Below are positions 18,308 through 27,636 of a DNA stretch of 64,000 bases, piece after piece (the stretch's first letter is position 1; each line of letters opens with the position of its first letter). The notes beneath the pieces are model-generated. The model did not search any database, was not told the origin of the DNA, and saw nothing but the letters and a program-made list of their open reading frames with translations. Location of the stretch: NCBI GenBank assembly GCA_025449675.1, contig JANWIX010000074.1, positions 29,926 to 93,925 of the forward strand. The letters are read 5' to 3'. The position numbers and the translations under genes were made by a program. This stretch comes from Nitrososphaera sp. GTDB lineage: Archaea; Thermoproteota; Nitrososphaeria; Nitrososphaerales; Nitrososphaeraceae.

Positions 18308-21168
18308 TGCACGACAAGATAGTAATCCGCGGGGCGAGGCAGCACAACCTCAAAAATGTCAACGTAGAGATCCCAAAGAACAGGCTGGTAGTCATCACGG
18401 GCCTTTCCGGATCCGGCAAGTCTACTCTGGCGTTTGATACTATTTATGCAGAGGGCCAGAGGCGCTACGTAGAGTCGCTTTCGGCCTACGCAAGGCAGTT
18501 CCTCGAGTTGATGGACAAGCCCGACGTGGACTCGATAGACGGGCTTTCGCCGGCGATATCCATCCAGCAAAAGACGACTAGCAAGAACCCGCGCTCGACA
18601 GTCGGCACCGTAACAGAGATTTACGATTATCTCCGGCTCCTCTTTGCCAGGATAGGCATTCCCCACTGCCCAAAGTGCGGGAGAAAAATAGCGAGCCAGT
18701 CCGCAGATTCTATAACCGAGTCTGTTCTGAAAAGTTCTGGGGGCAAAAACACGATGATCCTCGGGCCTGTGGTCCAGGCGAAAAAGGGGACCTATGAAAA
18801 ATTGCTCGACGAGCTCAGGCAGGAAGGATTTTCCAGGATCAGGCTGGATGGGGAGCTGACAAAGCTAGACGATGAAGAGCGCCAGTACCCGAGGCTGGAC
18901 AAGCAGAAAAAACACACCATAGAAGTCGTCGTCGACAGGCTAAAGCCATCGGCAGAAGAAAAGAGCAGGCTCTTTGACTCGATCCAGTCCGCTCTCAAGG
19001 TGGGCAGCGGCACTGTGGTAATTTCAGTGGAAGGCAGGGACTCTATGTATTCGCAGAAAAACGCGTGCCCCCACTGCAACATCTCTCTGGGAGAGATGGA
19101 GCCCCGCACCTTTTCGTTCAACTCGCCTTTTGGTGCCTGCAGGGAGTGCAACGGCCTTGGCATAAGGATCGAGTTTGACCCAGACCTGATAATCCCCGAC
19201 AGGTCAAAGAGCATACTCGACGGGGCCATAGTTCCATGGAGCGGCCATTTCGCTACCTTTCGGTCAGCCATGCTCCGGGACGTGGGCAGAAAGTTCGGGT
19301 TCGACCTCGCGACTCCCATCTCCAAGATGAAACAGGATCAGCTCGGCGTGATACTGCATGGAACCGACCAGAGGATCCACTACAAGTACGAATCAAGGTA
19401 CTCTGAAAGCAGGTGGGAGTACAAGGGAGCTTTTGAAGGAGTCATTCCCAATCTGGAGCGAATCTACAAAGAGACAGAGTCAGAGTCAAAACGCGAGGAC
19501 CTGATGCAATTCATGCGCGAGCGCCCGTGCGAAATTTGCAACGGCAGGCGCCTCCGGGGCGAAGCACTTGCCGTCAAGGTCCAGGGGATCTCGATAATGG
19601 ACGTCTGCGACAAGTCTATAGATGACTGCTACAGGTTCTTCCAGGCAATCGTGCTAACAGACACAGAGAGGCACATTGCCAGGACAATCCTGAAGGAAAT
19701 CGTCTCCAGGCTTGAATTCTTGCGAAACGTCGGACTGAACTACCTTACTCTGAACAGGATGACTGCCACGCTTTCCGGCGGAGAATCGCAGAGGATCAGG
19801 CTTGCGACCCAGATAGGGTCCAACCTGACAGGTGTTCTGTATGTTCTTGACGAGCCCACGATAGGCCTCCACCAGAGGGACAACTCGCGGCTGATAGACA
19901 CGCTGAAAAAACTCCGCGACCTTGATAACACACTAATCGTAGTCGAGCACGACGAAGAAGTCATCCGAAACTCCGACTGGATAATCGACATCGGCCCGGG
20001 TGCCGGCATCCATGGCGGCGAGATCGTCGCAAGCGGCGTGCTGGATGACATTGTGCAAAATTCCAGCTCTATAACCGGATCATTTCTGAGAGGAGACAGC
20101 ATAGTGGCGCACAGGCACGAGAGGCGCAGGCCAGCTGGATGGCTGACGGTGCACGGCGCAAAAGAGAACAACCTGAAATCAATCGATGTCCGGTTTCCTC
20201 TTGGCTGCATGGCAGTCGTAACCGGTGTTTCAGGGTCGGGCAAGTCGACTCTGGTAAATGACATACTGTTCCGCGCGCTTGCCTCCCAGCTGCACGGCGC
20301 AAAGGACAGGGCCGGGAGGCACAACAAGATATCCGGCCTGGAAAAGATAGACAAGGTGATAGGCATAGACCAGTCGCCAATAGGCCGGACTCCGCGCTCT
20401 AACGCAGCCACCTATGTCAACGCGTTTACCCCCATCAGGGAGCTGTTTTCAAAGACGCAGCAGGCAAGGGAAATGGGCTATCGGCCCGGCAGGTTTTCAT
20501 TCAACGTTTCTGAAGGAAGGTGCGAGGCGTGCGAGGGCGGCGGCGTAAAAAAGATAGAGATGCAGTTTCTCCCCGATGTCTATGTGACCTGCGACGAATG
20601 CAAGGGCAAACGCTACAATTCCGAAACCCTTCTGATAAAGTACAAAGGCAAGACGGTGTCTGACGTGCTGGACCTTACCATCGAAGAGGCCCTGGAATTC
20701 TTTTCAAACGTTTCTTCAATTGCAAGAAAGCTGCAGACGCTCAGCGACGTGGGGCTTGGGTACCTGAGGCTGGGCCAGCCTGCCACGACAATGTCAGGGG
20801 GCGAGGCACAGAGGATCAAACTTGCGGCTGAACTTTCCCGGCGCGACACGGGCAGGACCGTCTACATACTGGACGAGCCTACGACAGGCCTCCATTTTGC
20901 CGACGTGAGCAAGCTGCTAAACGTGCTCAAGCGACTGGTGGACCTTGGAAACACTGTCATTGTAATAGAGCATAACTTGGACGTGATTGCTTCGGCAGAC
21001 TGGATCGTAGACCTGGGGCCTGAAGGAGGAGATGGCGGCGGAAGCGTCGTTGCAGAAGGAACTCCGGAAGAAATAGCAGAGAACCAGTCAAGCCACACTG
21101 CCAGGTACCTGAAACCAAAGCTAATAGTCGGCCAAAAGATAATCGAAAGGGGCACGCCCAGGCAGTGA
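18307..21168 (+). CDS. uvrA: excinuclease ABC subunit A
   Basis: GLSGSGKS, two ABC ATPase domains, Zn fingers. Confidence 0.97.
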   Translation: MHDKIVIRGARQHNLKNVNVEIPKNRLVVITGLSGSGKSTLAFDTIYAEGQRRYVESLSAYARQFLELMDKPDVDSIDGLSPAISIQQKTTSKNPRSTVGTVTEIYDYLRLLFARIGIPHCPKCGRKIASQSADSITESVLKSSGGKNTMILGPVVQAKKGTYEKLLDELRQEGFSRIRLDGELTKLDDEERQYPRLDKQKKHTIEVVVDRLKPSAEEKSRLFDSIQSALKVGSGTVVISVEGRDSMYSQKNACPHCNISLGEMEPRTFSFNSPFGACRECNGLGIRIEFDPDLIIPDRSKSILDGAIVPWSGHFATFRSAMLRDVGRKFGFDLATPISKMKQDQLGVILHGTDQRIHYKYESRYSESRWEYKGAFEGVIPNLERIYKETESESKREDLMQFMRERPCEICNGRRLRGEALAVKVQGISIMDVCDKSIDDCYRFFQAIVLTDTERHIARTILKEIVSRLEFLRNVGLNYLTLNRMTATLSGGESQRIRLATQIGSNLTGVLYVLDEPTIGLHQRDNSRLIDTLKKLRDLDNTLIVVEHDEEVIRNSDWIIDIGPGAGIHGGEIVASGVLDDIVQNSSSITGSFLRGDSIVAHRHERRRPAGWLTVHGAKENNLKSIDVRFPLGCMAVVTGVSGSGKSTLVNDILFRALASQLHGAKDRAGRHNKISGLEKIDKVIGIDQSPIGRTPRSNAATYVNAFTPIRELFSKTQQAREMGYRPGRFSFNVSEGRCEACEGGGVKKIEMQFLPDVYVTCDECKGKRYNSETLLIKYKGKTVSDVLDLTIEEALEFFSNVSSIARKLQTLSDVGLGYLRLGQPATTMSGGEAQRIKLAAELSRRDTGRTVYILDEPTTGLHFADVSKLLNVLKRLVDLGNTVIVIEHNLDVIASADWIVDLGPEGGDGGGSVVAEGTPEEIAENQSSHTARYLKPKLIVGQKIIERGTPRQ

Positions 21169-22775
21169 TACTTGTCCCGTCGCTGAAAGAAAGGAGGGTC
21201 CCGGATGAGCCCGGCGTCTACCTGATGAAAGACGGCGAAGGCAAGATAATCTACATCGGAAAGGCCCGGAACCTACGCAAGCGCGTGACATCTTATTTTG
21301 GAAAACACGACCCGCATGTCGAATGGAAGACCGGTAGGCTGGTGAGCAGAATAGCAGATCTGGATTTCGTTGTCACGGACAATGAAATAGAGGCGTTCCT
21401 GCTAGAGTCAAATCTGATAAAGCGGTACAGGCCGGTGTTCAACATTGAGCTAAAGGACCAGCAGCGCTACACCTACCTCAAGGTGACTGACGAACCATTT
21501 CCGCGCCTGATGGTGGCACGCCGCAACAGGGCAGGCCAGTTCATCGGGCCAAAGGGAAGAGTGTATGGGCCATTTGTGCGGGGCAGCTCAAAGTATCTGA
21601 CCATAGGACTGCTCCGCAAGCTCTTCAAAATACGGATCTGCAACAGGCTTCCAAAGTCGCCGTGCCTCCAGTACTTTATCAAGAACTGCGACGCCCCGTG
21701 CATCAGCAAAGTGACTAGGGCGCAGTACATGACTGGCGTCGTGTCCCTTCAAGAGATCCTTGAAGGCAAGAGCAGCATCGAAAAGTTTGCAGAGGAAATG
21801 CAGCAAGAAATGAAGCACGCATCGGAAATGGCTGACTATGAGCGGGCAAAGGATATCCGAGACACGCTTTACAGATTAAGCAACCTCAGAACCAGACAAA
21901 AGATGGAAAAGGCGGTCAACAAGAATCCCGACGAAGAATACGTGGGGATACTGAAAGACCATACAAAAGGCGTCGCCCATGTCATGACCCTTCGTCGGAC
22001 TCGCGGGGTCATTAGCGACAGAAAAAAGTTCGAGTTTGACCTTGTGGGCGACAACTCGCTTTCCTCATTTCTTTTGCAGTATTACACTTCTGTTCCCATT
22101 GTGCCAAGAGTTGTCTATGTGAACGAAGAGCCAGACGAACGGCGGGTTCTAGAGATGTCTCTTCAAAAGATAGCCGGCCACAAAGTGAGCATAGTAGTGG
22201 CAGGAAAAACGGGCGAGAAGCGCCAGCTTGTGGACCTGATAACTCGCAACCTGTCGATGTATATCGAGCGTGGATACAGCCCTGCTGTGGTCGAGCTAAA
22301 GAATAGCCTTGGCCTACAGACCATGCCGGAAGTAATAGACTGCTTTGATGTTTCGAACCTGGGCACGTCTATAGCCGTCGGGGCATGCTGCAGATTCACG
22401 GGGGGCAGACCGGACAAGTCGGCGTACAGGAAATTCAAGATAGCAACAGTCGTCGGTCAGAACGACTTTGCCATGATTGGAGAACTCGTCCGCCGCAGGT
22501 ACTCCTCAATTGATGGCAAGATGCCTGACTTGATAATGATAGATGGAGGCCGGGGCCAGCTAGGTGCTGCAATTGCGTCGCTTTCCGGCCTCGGGATTTC
22601 CGATGTTCCATGCGTCGGCCTTGCAAAAGAAAATGAAGCGATATACAGACAGGGAACTCATGAGCCACTGCTCCTGCCAAAAAGCAACATTGGCCTAAAG
22701 CTCCTCCAGCACGGAAGGGACGAAGCTCACCGATTCGGCCTGGCCTATAACGTCAACCTCAGAAAGGCCGCCTGA
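21165..22775 (+). CDS. uvrC: excinuclease ABC subunit C
   Basis: GVY...YIGKA GIY-YIG, UVR domain, DGGRGQ, RDEAHRF. Confidence 0.95.
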   Translation: MILVPSLKERRVPDEPGVYLMKDGEGKIIYIGKARNLRKRVTSYFGKHDPHVEWKTGRLVSRIADLDFVVTDNEIEAFLLESNLIKRYRPVFNIELKDQQRYTYLKVTDEPFPRLMVARRNRAGQFIGPKGRVYGPFVRGSSKYLTIGLLRKLFKIRICNRLPKSPCLQYFIKNCDAPCISKVTRAQYMTGVVSLQEILEGKSSIEKFAEEMQQEMKHASEMADYERAKDIRDTLYRLSNLRTRQKMEKAVNKNPDEEYVGILKDHTKGVAHVMTLRRTRGVISDRKKFEFDLVGDNSLSSFLLQYYTSVPIVPRVVYVNEEPDERRVLEMSLQKIAGHKVSIVVAGKTGEKRQLVDLITRNLSMYIERGYSPAVVELKNSLGLQTMPEVIDCFDVSNLGTSIAVGACCRFTGGRPDKSAYRKFKIATVVGQNDFAMIGELVRRRYSSIDGKMPDLIMIDGGRGQLGAAIASLSGLGISDVPCVGLAKENEAIYRQGTHEPLLLPKSNIGLKLLQHGRDEAHRFGLAYNVNLRKAA

Positions 22776-22776
22776 C

Positions 22777-23004
22777 CTATTCTACTTTTACGCTTTCGCG
22801 CCGCTGGCCTTTCTTCAGCTCCTGCTCGGTAAGCTCGATGTATTTCGCAATCCCGGTGTCTGCTGACTGGAAGCCGATCTGCGCCATTCTGGCGACTGAA
22901 ACGGCTGCCATCAAGGCCATGTCAAATCCCACTCTTCCAACAACGAATGGAATCGAAAGCATCTCCGAGGGTACGAAAGGCGAGCTGGTTCTCTTATCAC
23001 TCAT
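22777..23004 (-). CDS. small hypothetical protein
   Basis: MSDKRTSS... 75 aa, TATA-like TTTAAG upstream. Confidence 0.55.
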   Translation of the reverse strand: MSDKRTSSPFVPSEMLSIPFVVGRVGFDMALMAAVSVARMAQIGFQSADTGIAKYIELTEQELKKGQRRESVKVE

Positions 23005-23112
23005 ATGCAAATATAGACTGCCCACAGTCTTAAACTTTGGCAAAGTGGATCTTGCAGCTGAAATATTAAATAGCATGCTAGCACATTAGCCGTCTGGATG
23101 CAGTGACTGCGT

Positions 23113-23409
23113 GTGGCAGAGGATTCGGAAGCCCATTCCGCTCATTTTGCGCGCTGTGCTGGCAAGCTGGAACAGCACCTCAGGAAAAACGGCATTTCTT
23201 GCCGTGATGCCGACGTGATAATTGAGGAGAGTTCCGAGCTCTACTTTGACAAGCTGCATTCACACGACAGCAAATTCTTCAAGCTCATCAGAAGGCACGA
23301 CCCGGTAGAGCTCTTTGTAGAGTCCGCGTCCAAGGCGATTGCAAGGCACCTGCCGGAGGCAGCTGTTACTTTTGGATCGCGTAGCGAAATAGCAAGCTGC
23401 ATACGCTGA
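23113..23409 (+). CDS. hypothetical protein
   Basis: 98 aa helical ORF. Confidence 0.6.
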   Translation: MAEDSEAHSAHFARCAGKLEQHLRKNGISCRDADVIIEESSELYFDKLHSHDSKFFKLIRRHDPVELFVESASKAIARHLPEAAVTFGSRSEIASCIR

Positions 23410-23456
23410 CCCGGATAAGATAATAATACCTAGTCACGCCTCCTAGGTGCTGTATA

Positions 23457-24644
23457 TTGATTATCGGCGTTCCCAAGGAAATAAAAGATTATGAAAACAG
23501 AGTTGCGCTGACTCCTCGTTCCGTCTCTTCCCTTGTCATGTCCGGCACAAAGGTGATCGTAGAGTCGCATGCAGGCGACAGGAGCGGGTTTGCTGACGAG
23601 GAATACGCAACAGCCGGTGCACAGCTGGCCGACTCGGCGGCGGCTCTGTACGCGGGATCGGACCTGGTCGTCAAAGTAAAAGAGATTCAGGTCAGCGAGC
23701 GAGAACACGAATTCCTTCGACCGCGCCATACGATATTTGGCTTCAACCACTTTGAATCCAATAGGGAGCTAACAGACGCGGCCGTGAAATCCAGGGCGAC
23801 TTTCATCTCTTTTGAAAAGGTGGTTGACCAGAACGGCCAGACACCGCTACTAATGCCCATGAGCAGGATTGCGGGCGCGGTCGCAGGTATCTGGGCCGGC
23901 TTTATCCACAATTTTGCATTCAGACATGACAAGTCAGTCAGGCTCAAGGCCGGCTCCGATGAGGTGCGCGCAAAATTCATCGACGGGTTCGATCAGATAG
24001 TGAACAATGGATCCGTGAACGGCGACCTGAGGCGCACTTTGTCCATTCAGGACAAGATGACAGTCATTTTCGGAGGAGGAACCGTTGGTGAAATGGCAGC
24101 CAAGGTCTGCTCGGCTCTCGGGGCCAAGGTAACCATCATAGAGAAAAGGGATGCTCGCAGAAAATTCCTTCAAGAGTTGAACCTTCCCCGATCGTCCGTA
24201 GCCGCGTCTGCCGAACACGACATCCTGCGCAGCGCGCATATCATCATAGGGGCGACGTACGACAGGGAAAAGGCCGACAGAATGGTGGACGAAAAAACGC
24301 TAAAAGAAGTTTCAGAGTCGCGCAAAAAGATAATAATCGACGTTTCAATCGATCAGGGCGGCAATTTTCCATATCTCGATCAGTCCGGAAACTACTCGCC
24401 TGCAAGCACTGGAAGCATAATGAATCCGGCGCAGGCAGACTACTTTGGCAATATCTTTATCCGGGTGCCGAACATTCCGTCAATTGTCCCGCGATACGCA
24501 TCGTCCGCTCTTTCCGGAATCGTTTCTGACTATCTGAAGGATATTGCCAATGGAGTACACAGGCCAGACGTTGAAAGGGCAATCAGCATAAAGGACGGCA
24601 AGATTGTCGATGGCGCCATAATCAAGGCACACGGAATAAAGTAG
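23457..24644 (+). CDS. ald: alanine dehydrogenase/PNT-family NAD-dependent oxidoreductase
   Basis: IGVPKEIKDYENRVALTP, PLLMPMSRIAG, GGGTVG, DVSIDQGG, VPNIP. Confidence 0.8.
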   Translation: MIIGVPKEIKDYENRVALTPRSVSSLVMSGTKVIVESHAGDRSGFADEEYATAGAQLADSAAALYAGSDLVVKVKEIQVSEREHEFLRPRHTIFGFNHFESNRELTDAAVKSRATFISFEKVVDQNGQTPLLMPMSRIAGAVAGIWAGFIHNFAFRHDKSVRLKAGSDEVRAKFIDGFDQIVNNGSVNGDLRRTLSIQDKMTVIFGGGTVGEMAAKVCSALGAKVTIIEKRDARRKFLQELNLPRSSVAASAEHDILRSAHIIIGATYDREKADRMVDEKTLKEVSESRKKIIIDVSIDQGGNFPYLDQSGNYSPASTGSIMNPAQADYFGNIFIRVPNIPSIVPRYASSALSGIVSDYLKDIANGVHRPDVERAISIKDGKIVDGAIIKAHGIK

Positions 24645-24705
24645 CGCTAGCGTGTGACCGGAAATGTCGAATGATTGCTTCAAGCCTCCAGTCAAAAACT
24701 AATTC

Positions 24706-25050
24706 TTATCTTTGCAAAGCATTTCTTAGAACCATTCCATTATTATGTTTCTCATCCTTTGCAGAATAGAGCAGTGTGACTATTTTTCTCTCTACCTCGA
24801 TTTGTCTGATTTTCATCATTAGTTCAGATTTGCCCTTTAGTTCACGTTCGTACTTTTCCCGAAAAACCTGCCACTTTCTTGGATCATGAGAGAATCATTT
24901 TCGGAGCTCATCGCTAGGCGCAATTTCCTTAAGCCACAAGTCAACCTTGGTTTTGTCTTTCGATAAGCCGCGAGGCCATAATCTATCAACAAGAATGCGA
25001 TAACCGTCGTCATTGGATGATGCCTCGTAAATTCTCTTAATTCGTATCAC
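24706..25050 (-). pseudogene. DUF488 (YeaO-like) protein with internal stop
   Basis: RIKRIYE...[17 protein letters not shown]...[13 protein letters not shown]; TGA at 24895-24897 replaces conserved Trp; frame continues to TAA 24706. Confidence 0.8.
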
Positions 25051-25114
25051 ACATATTGATGACTTGAGAAACAAATAAAGTTTGATTACCGAGTGCGATT
25101 TTCCGGTTTTTCCT

Positions 25115-25440
25115 TCAACGCGAAACCTCAAGAGAAGAGCAGTGCGTCAACGATATTGCGCATTTTGGCAGGCAACTATGAATTAATTCGGTCCGTTCAA
25201 GACCTCCTCGGACTTGCTTGAGAAGAAGCTGGAGCCGTAAGGGCTTCTTGACGGTTCCTAGAATGCAGCGTTTGGCAATCAAGTCTTGCGTCATCTTTTC
25301 ATCCAGGCCGTATGCGCTAACAAGCAAGGTCTTTACGCCGTTTAACTCCCTTATCTTGCAAGCGACTATGTCTCCAAGCATGTCGCCCAGTTTGTAATCC
25401 AACAACAAGACATGGATTTTCGTTCCGAGGTTCTTTTCCA
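25115..25440 (-). pseudogene. 5'-truncated response regulator receiver domain
   Basis: IHVLLLDYKLGDMLG...LLVSAY...VKKP; N-terminal acidic pocket absent before upstream stop. Confidence 0.6.
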
Positions 25441-25614
25441 GATTCTGATATGTTTGATATTGAATCGAAGGATTGAATTTAAGTATAGCCGCCTAACAAG
25501 TTTTAGGTGCGCAATGTCGGAGATTGATTATCGCTATTGGCTTTACGATTCAGCTTCGCTTTGCGGTAGGATAGCGGCTTTTGCATTCCTAGTTATGCCA
25601 ACGGGGAGATAGGA

Positions 25615-26766
25615 ATGCAGAAATCTATCACCGTTGCTGTACGGCCCGAAGTCTTGAAATGGCTTCGTGAGAGCGCCGGATGGAAGGTAGAAGAGGCAAG
25701 CAAGAGGTTAGGCATTACCGTTGAGGCATTTTTGGAAGTTGAATCCGGGAAAAGAAACCCATCGCTGAAACAGCTGAAAATACTGTCTGCCGCGTACAAG
25801 CGACCCTTGGCGTCGTTTCTTTTGTCGAAGCCTAAAGCTGAGAAGCCTCTACCAAAGGACTATCGATTCCTCCCCAATCGAGAAGGAATTTTCGATAGAA
25901 AGACGATTCTTGCAGTAAGAAAATCCAGAAGCCTGCAGGACATCGGGAAAGAACTTTCGCTGAACATCAGATATGACACAGAGCCTAAGGTTGAAAGAGT
26001 TGGGCTTTCTGCGGATCCTAACGATATCGCTGCTAAACATAGGCAGATATTTTCGTTGGATTGGGAGAAGCAAAGGAAGTTCAAGGACGCCTACAAGATG
26101 TTCGGTTACCTGCGAGATCTCCTCGAAGACATGAACATCCTTGTATTCCAATTTTCTATGCCGATTGAAGACGCAAGAGGATTTGCTCTATGTGACGAAG
26201 CTCCGGCCGTCATTGTTGTAAATTCAAAGGATTCTATTGAGGCAAGACTTTTTACTCTGATGCACGAATTCGGCCACGTCCTTCTTGGCGAAACTGTCAT
26301 AGATATCCCCGAAGGGTCATTTGGGACTCGGAACGAAATAGAAAGATGGTGCAACGCGTTTGCGTCATCTTTCTTGCTCCCCGCCGAGATAGCGGAGAAT
26401 CTGTTCCGGGAAAAACGTTCAGTGCTGACAGACACAGAAACGCTAAACACGCTGTCTAGAAAATACAAAGTTAGCAAGGCAGCGCTCCTCGTGAAGATGC
26501 GAGATTTGAACTACATATCCAAGCAAGAGTTCGAAGGTGTTCTTGACAGGTACGTCCTCAAGGTAGGCACGAAAAAGATCAAGACCGAAAAGAGGCCGAT
26601 TAGTTCGTCCCCAGACAAGAGATGTGTCTCAGAGGTCGGCAACAAGTTTGTCTCGTTGGTCGCAAATAATTTCGATAAGAAATTCATCACATATACGGAC
26701 GCGCTCAGCTACCTGTCCATCAAATCAAGGAATCTTGACAAAGTTCTTGCAAAGGCGAAGAAATGA
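25615..26766 (+). CDS. XRE-HTH + ImmA/IrrE (Peptidase_M78) metallopeptidase
   Basis: VLKWLRESAG...VESGKRNPS HTH; RLFTLMHEFGH; ERWCNAFASSFLLP. Confidence 0.92.
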   Translation: MQKSITVAVRPEVLKWLRESAGWKVEEASKRLGITVEAFLEVESGKRNPSLKQLKILSAAYKRPLASFLLSKPKAEKPLPKDYRFLPNREGIFDRKTILAVRKSRSLQDIGKELSLNIRYDTEPKVERVGLSADPNDIAAKHRQIFSLDWEKQRKFKDAYKMFGYLRDLLEDMNILVFQFSMPIEDARGFALCDEAPAVIVVNSKDSIEARLFTLMHEFGHVLLGETVIDIPEGSFGTRNEIERWCNAFASSFLLPAEIAENLFREKRSVLTDTETLNTLSRKYKVSKAALLVKMRDLNYISKQEFEGVLDRYVLKVGTKKIKTEKRPISSSPDKRCVSEVGNKFVSLVANNFDKKFITYTDALSYLSIKSRNLDKVLAKAKK

Positions 26767-27255
26767 CTTCAAGCTACTACGTTATCGATTCGTCTTCGTT
26801 GATAGAATTACATAGGCATAACCCAATAGATGTCTACCCAACTGTATGGAAACATATCGAATCTTTGATCAGAAAAGGCACTTTGGCAGCGCCCAAGGAA
26901 GTGCTTTACGAGATACTGGATGGTGATGACGAACTGGGTCCGATGGGCGAAGAAGCAGAAAAAACTCTTCCGCGAACCCAATGATAAGCAAATAGAGATT
27001 CTGACCGGATTGTTGAAAGAGTACCCATCACTCGTAAAGGAGGATAGAAAGCACGACGCCGATGGATGGGTGATTGCTCTAGCGGTAGAATTGGCCACGA
27101 GCTCCCAACAGACTTTGGCCCCTGTAAAAAGAATCGTAGTTACAGAGGAAAAAATCAGAGGAGACAGAATAAAGATTCCTTACATCTGTCAAAAACTTCA
27201 AATTGAAACGATCGAAGTAATAGATATGTTCAGAGCGGAAGGATGGAAGTTCTAG
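26763..27255 (+). pseudogene. DUF4411 family PIN-domain protein, frameshifted
   Basis: YVIDSSSLI...EVLYEI...DDEL, then frame shift at CTGGGTC (about 26936-26939) to VRWAK...ADGWVIALA...IVVTEE...KIPYIC; ATGA overlap with irrE-like gene. Confidence 0.8.
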
Positions 27256-27323
27256 CTCAAGAAGATGAACAGGAAGTCAAAGTTCAGCGTCGAGAAAAGC
27301 TAGGTTGCGCTCTGAATTTTAAG

Positions 27324-27461
27324 TGGGGCCGAAGGGATTTGTTCTGACGCGGACCTGCCCGCAATCAATTGAACCCTTGACCCACGGGTTTCTTCATTCT
27401 AACTAGCCCTTGTATTGTTAGATCTGGAGCCCGTTGCGATGCCTGGCTTCGCTACGACCCC
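27324..27461 (-). tRNA. trnW: tRNA-Trp(CCA) with two introns (37/38: 27390-27423; 58/59: 27339-27368)
   Basis: GGGGTCG acceptor/CGGCCCC-A; removing 34 and 30 nt gives a 74-nt cloverleaf with CT-CCA-GA and TTCAAAT. Confidence 0.9.
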
Positions 27462-27636
27462 ACCGTTAATCTGGCATCGTGCTATGGATAAAATGAACAT
27501 GTCCGTATAAGTCTTGCTAGATTATTTCAGTCCCAGAAATGGAACTCATTCGCTTCTCTTTGTTCCAGCGCCGCGCGATGGCTATGCAACAGTGTCCCCG
27601 TCGTTGACTATCTAGCGCAAAGATTCTATGACTGCG

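Noticed and set aside
23099-23110. TGCAGTGACTGC near hypothetical gene start
   Set aside because: Spacing departs from the 5-bp period and the site is downstream of the TATA-like box; probably unrelated.
24895-24897. TGA recoding (Trp or Sec) in DUF488 and hicA
   Set aside because: TGA is used as a normal stop in many core genes here; the two cases replace different residues (Trp and probably Arg) in decaying regions.
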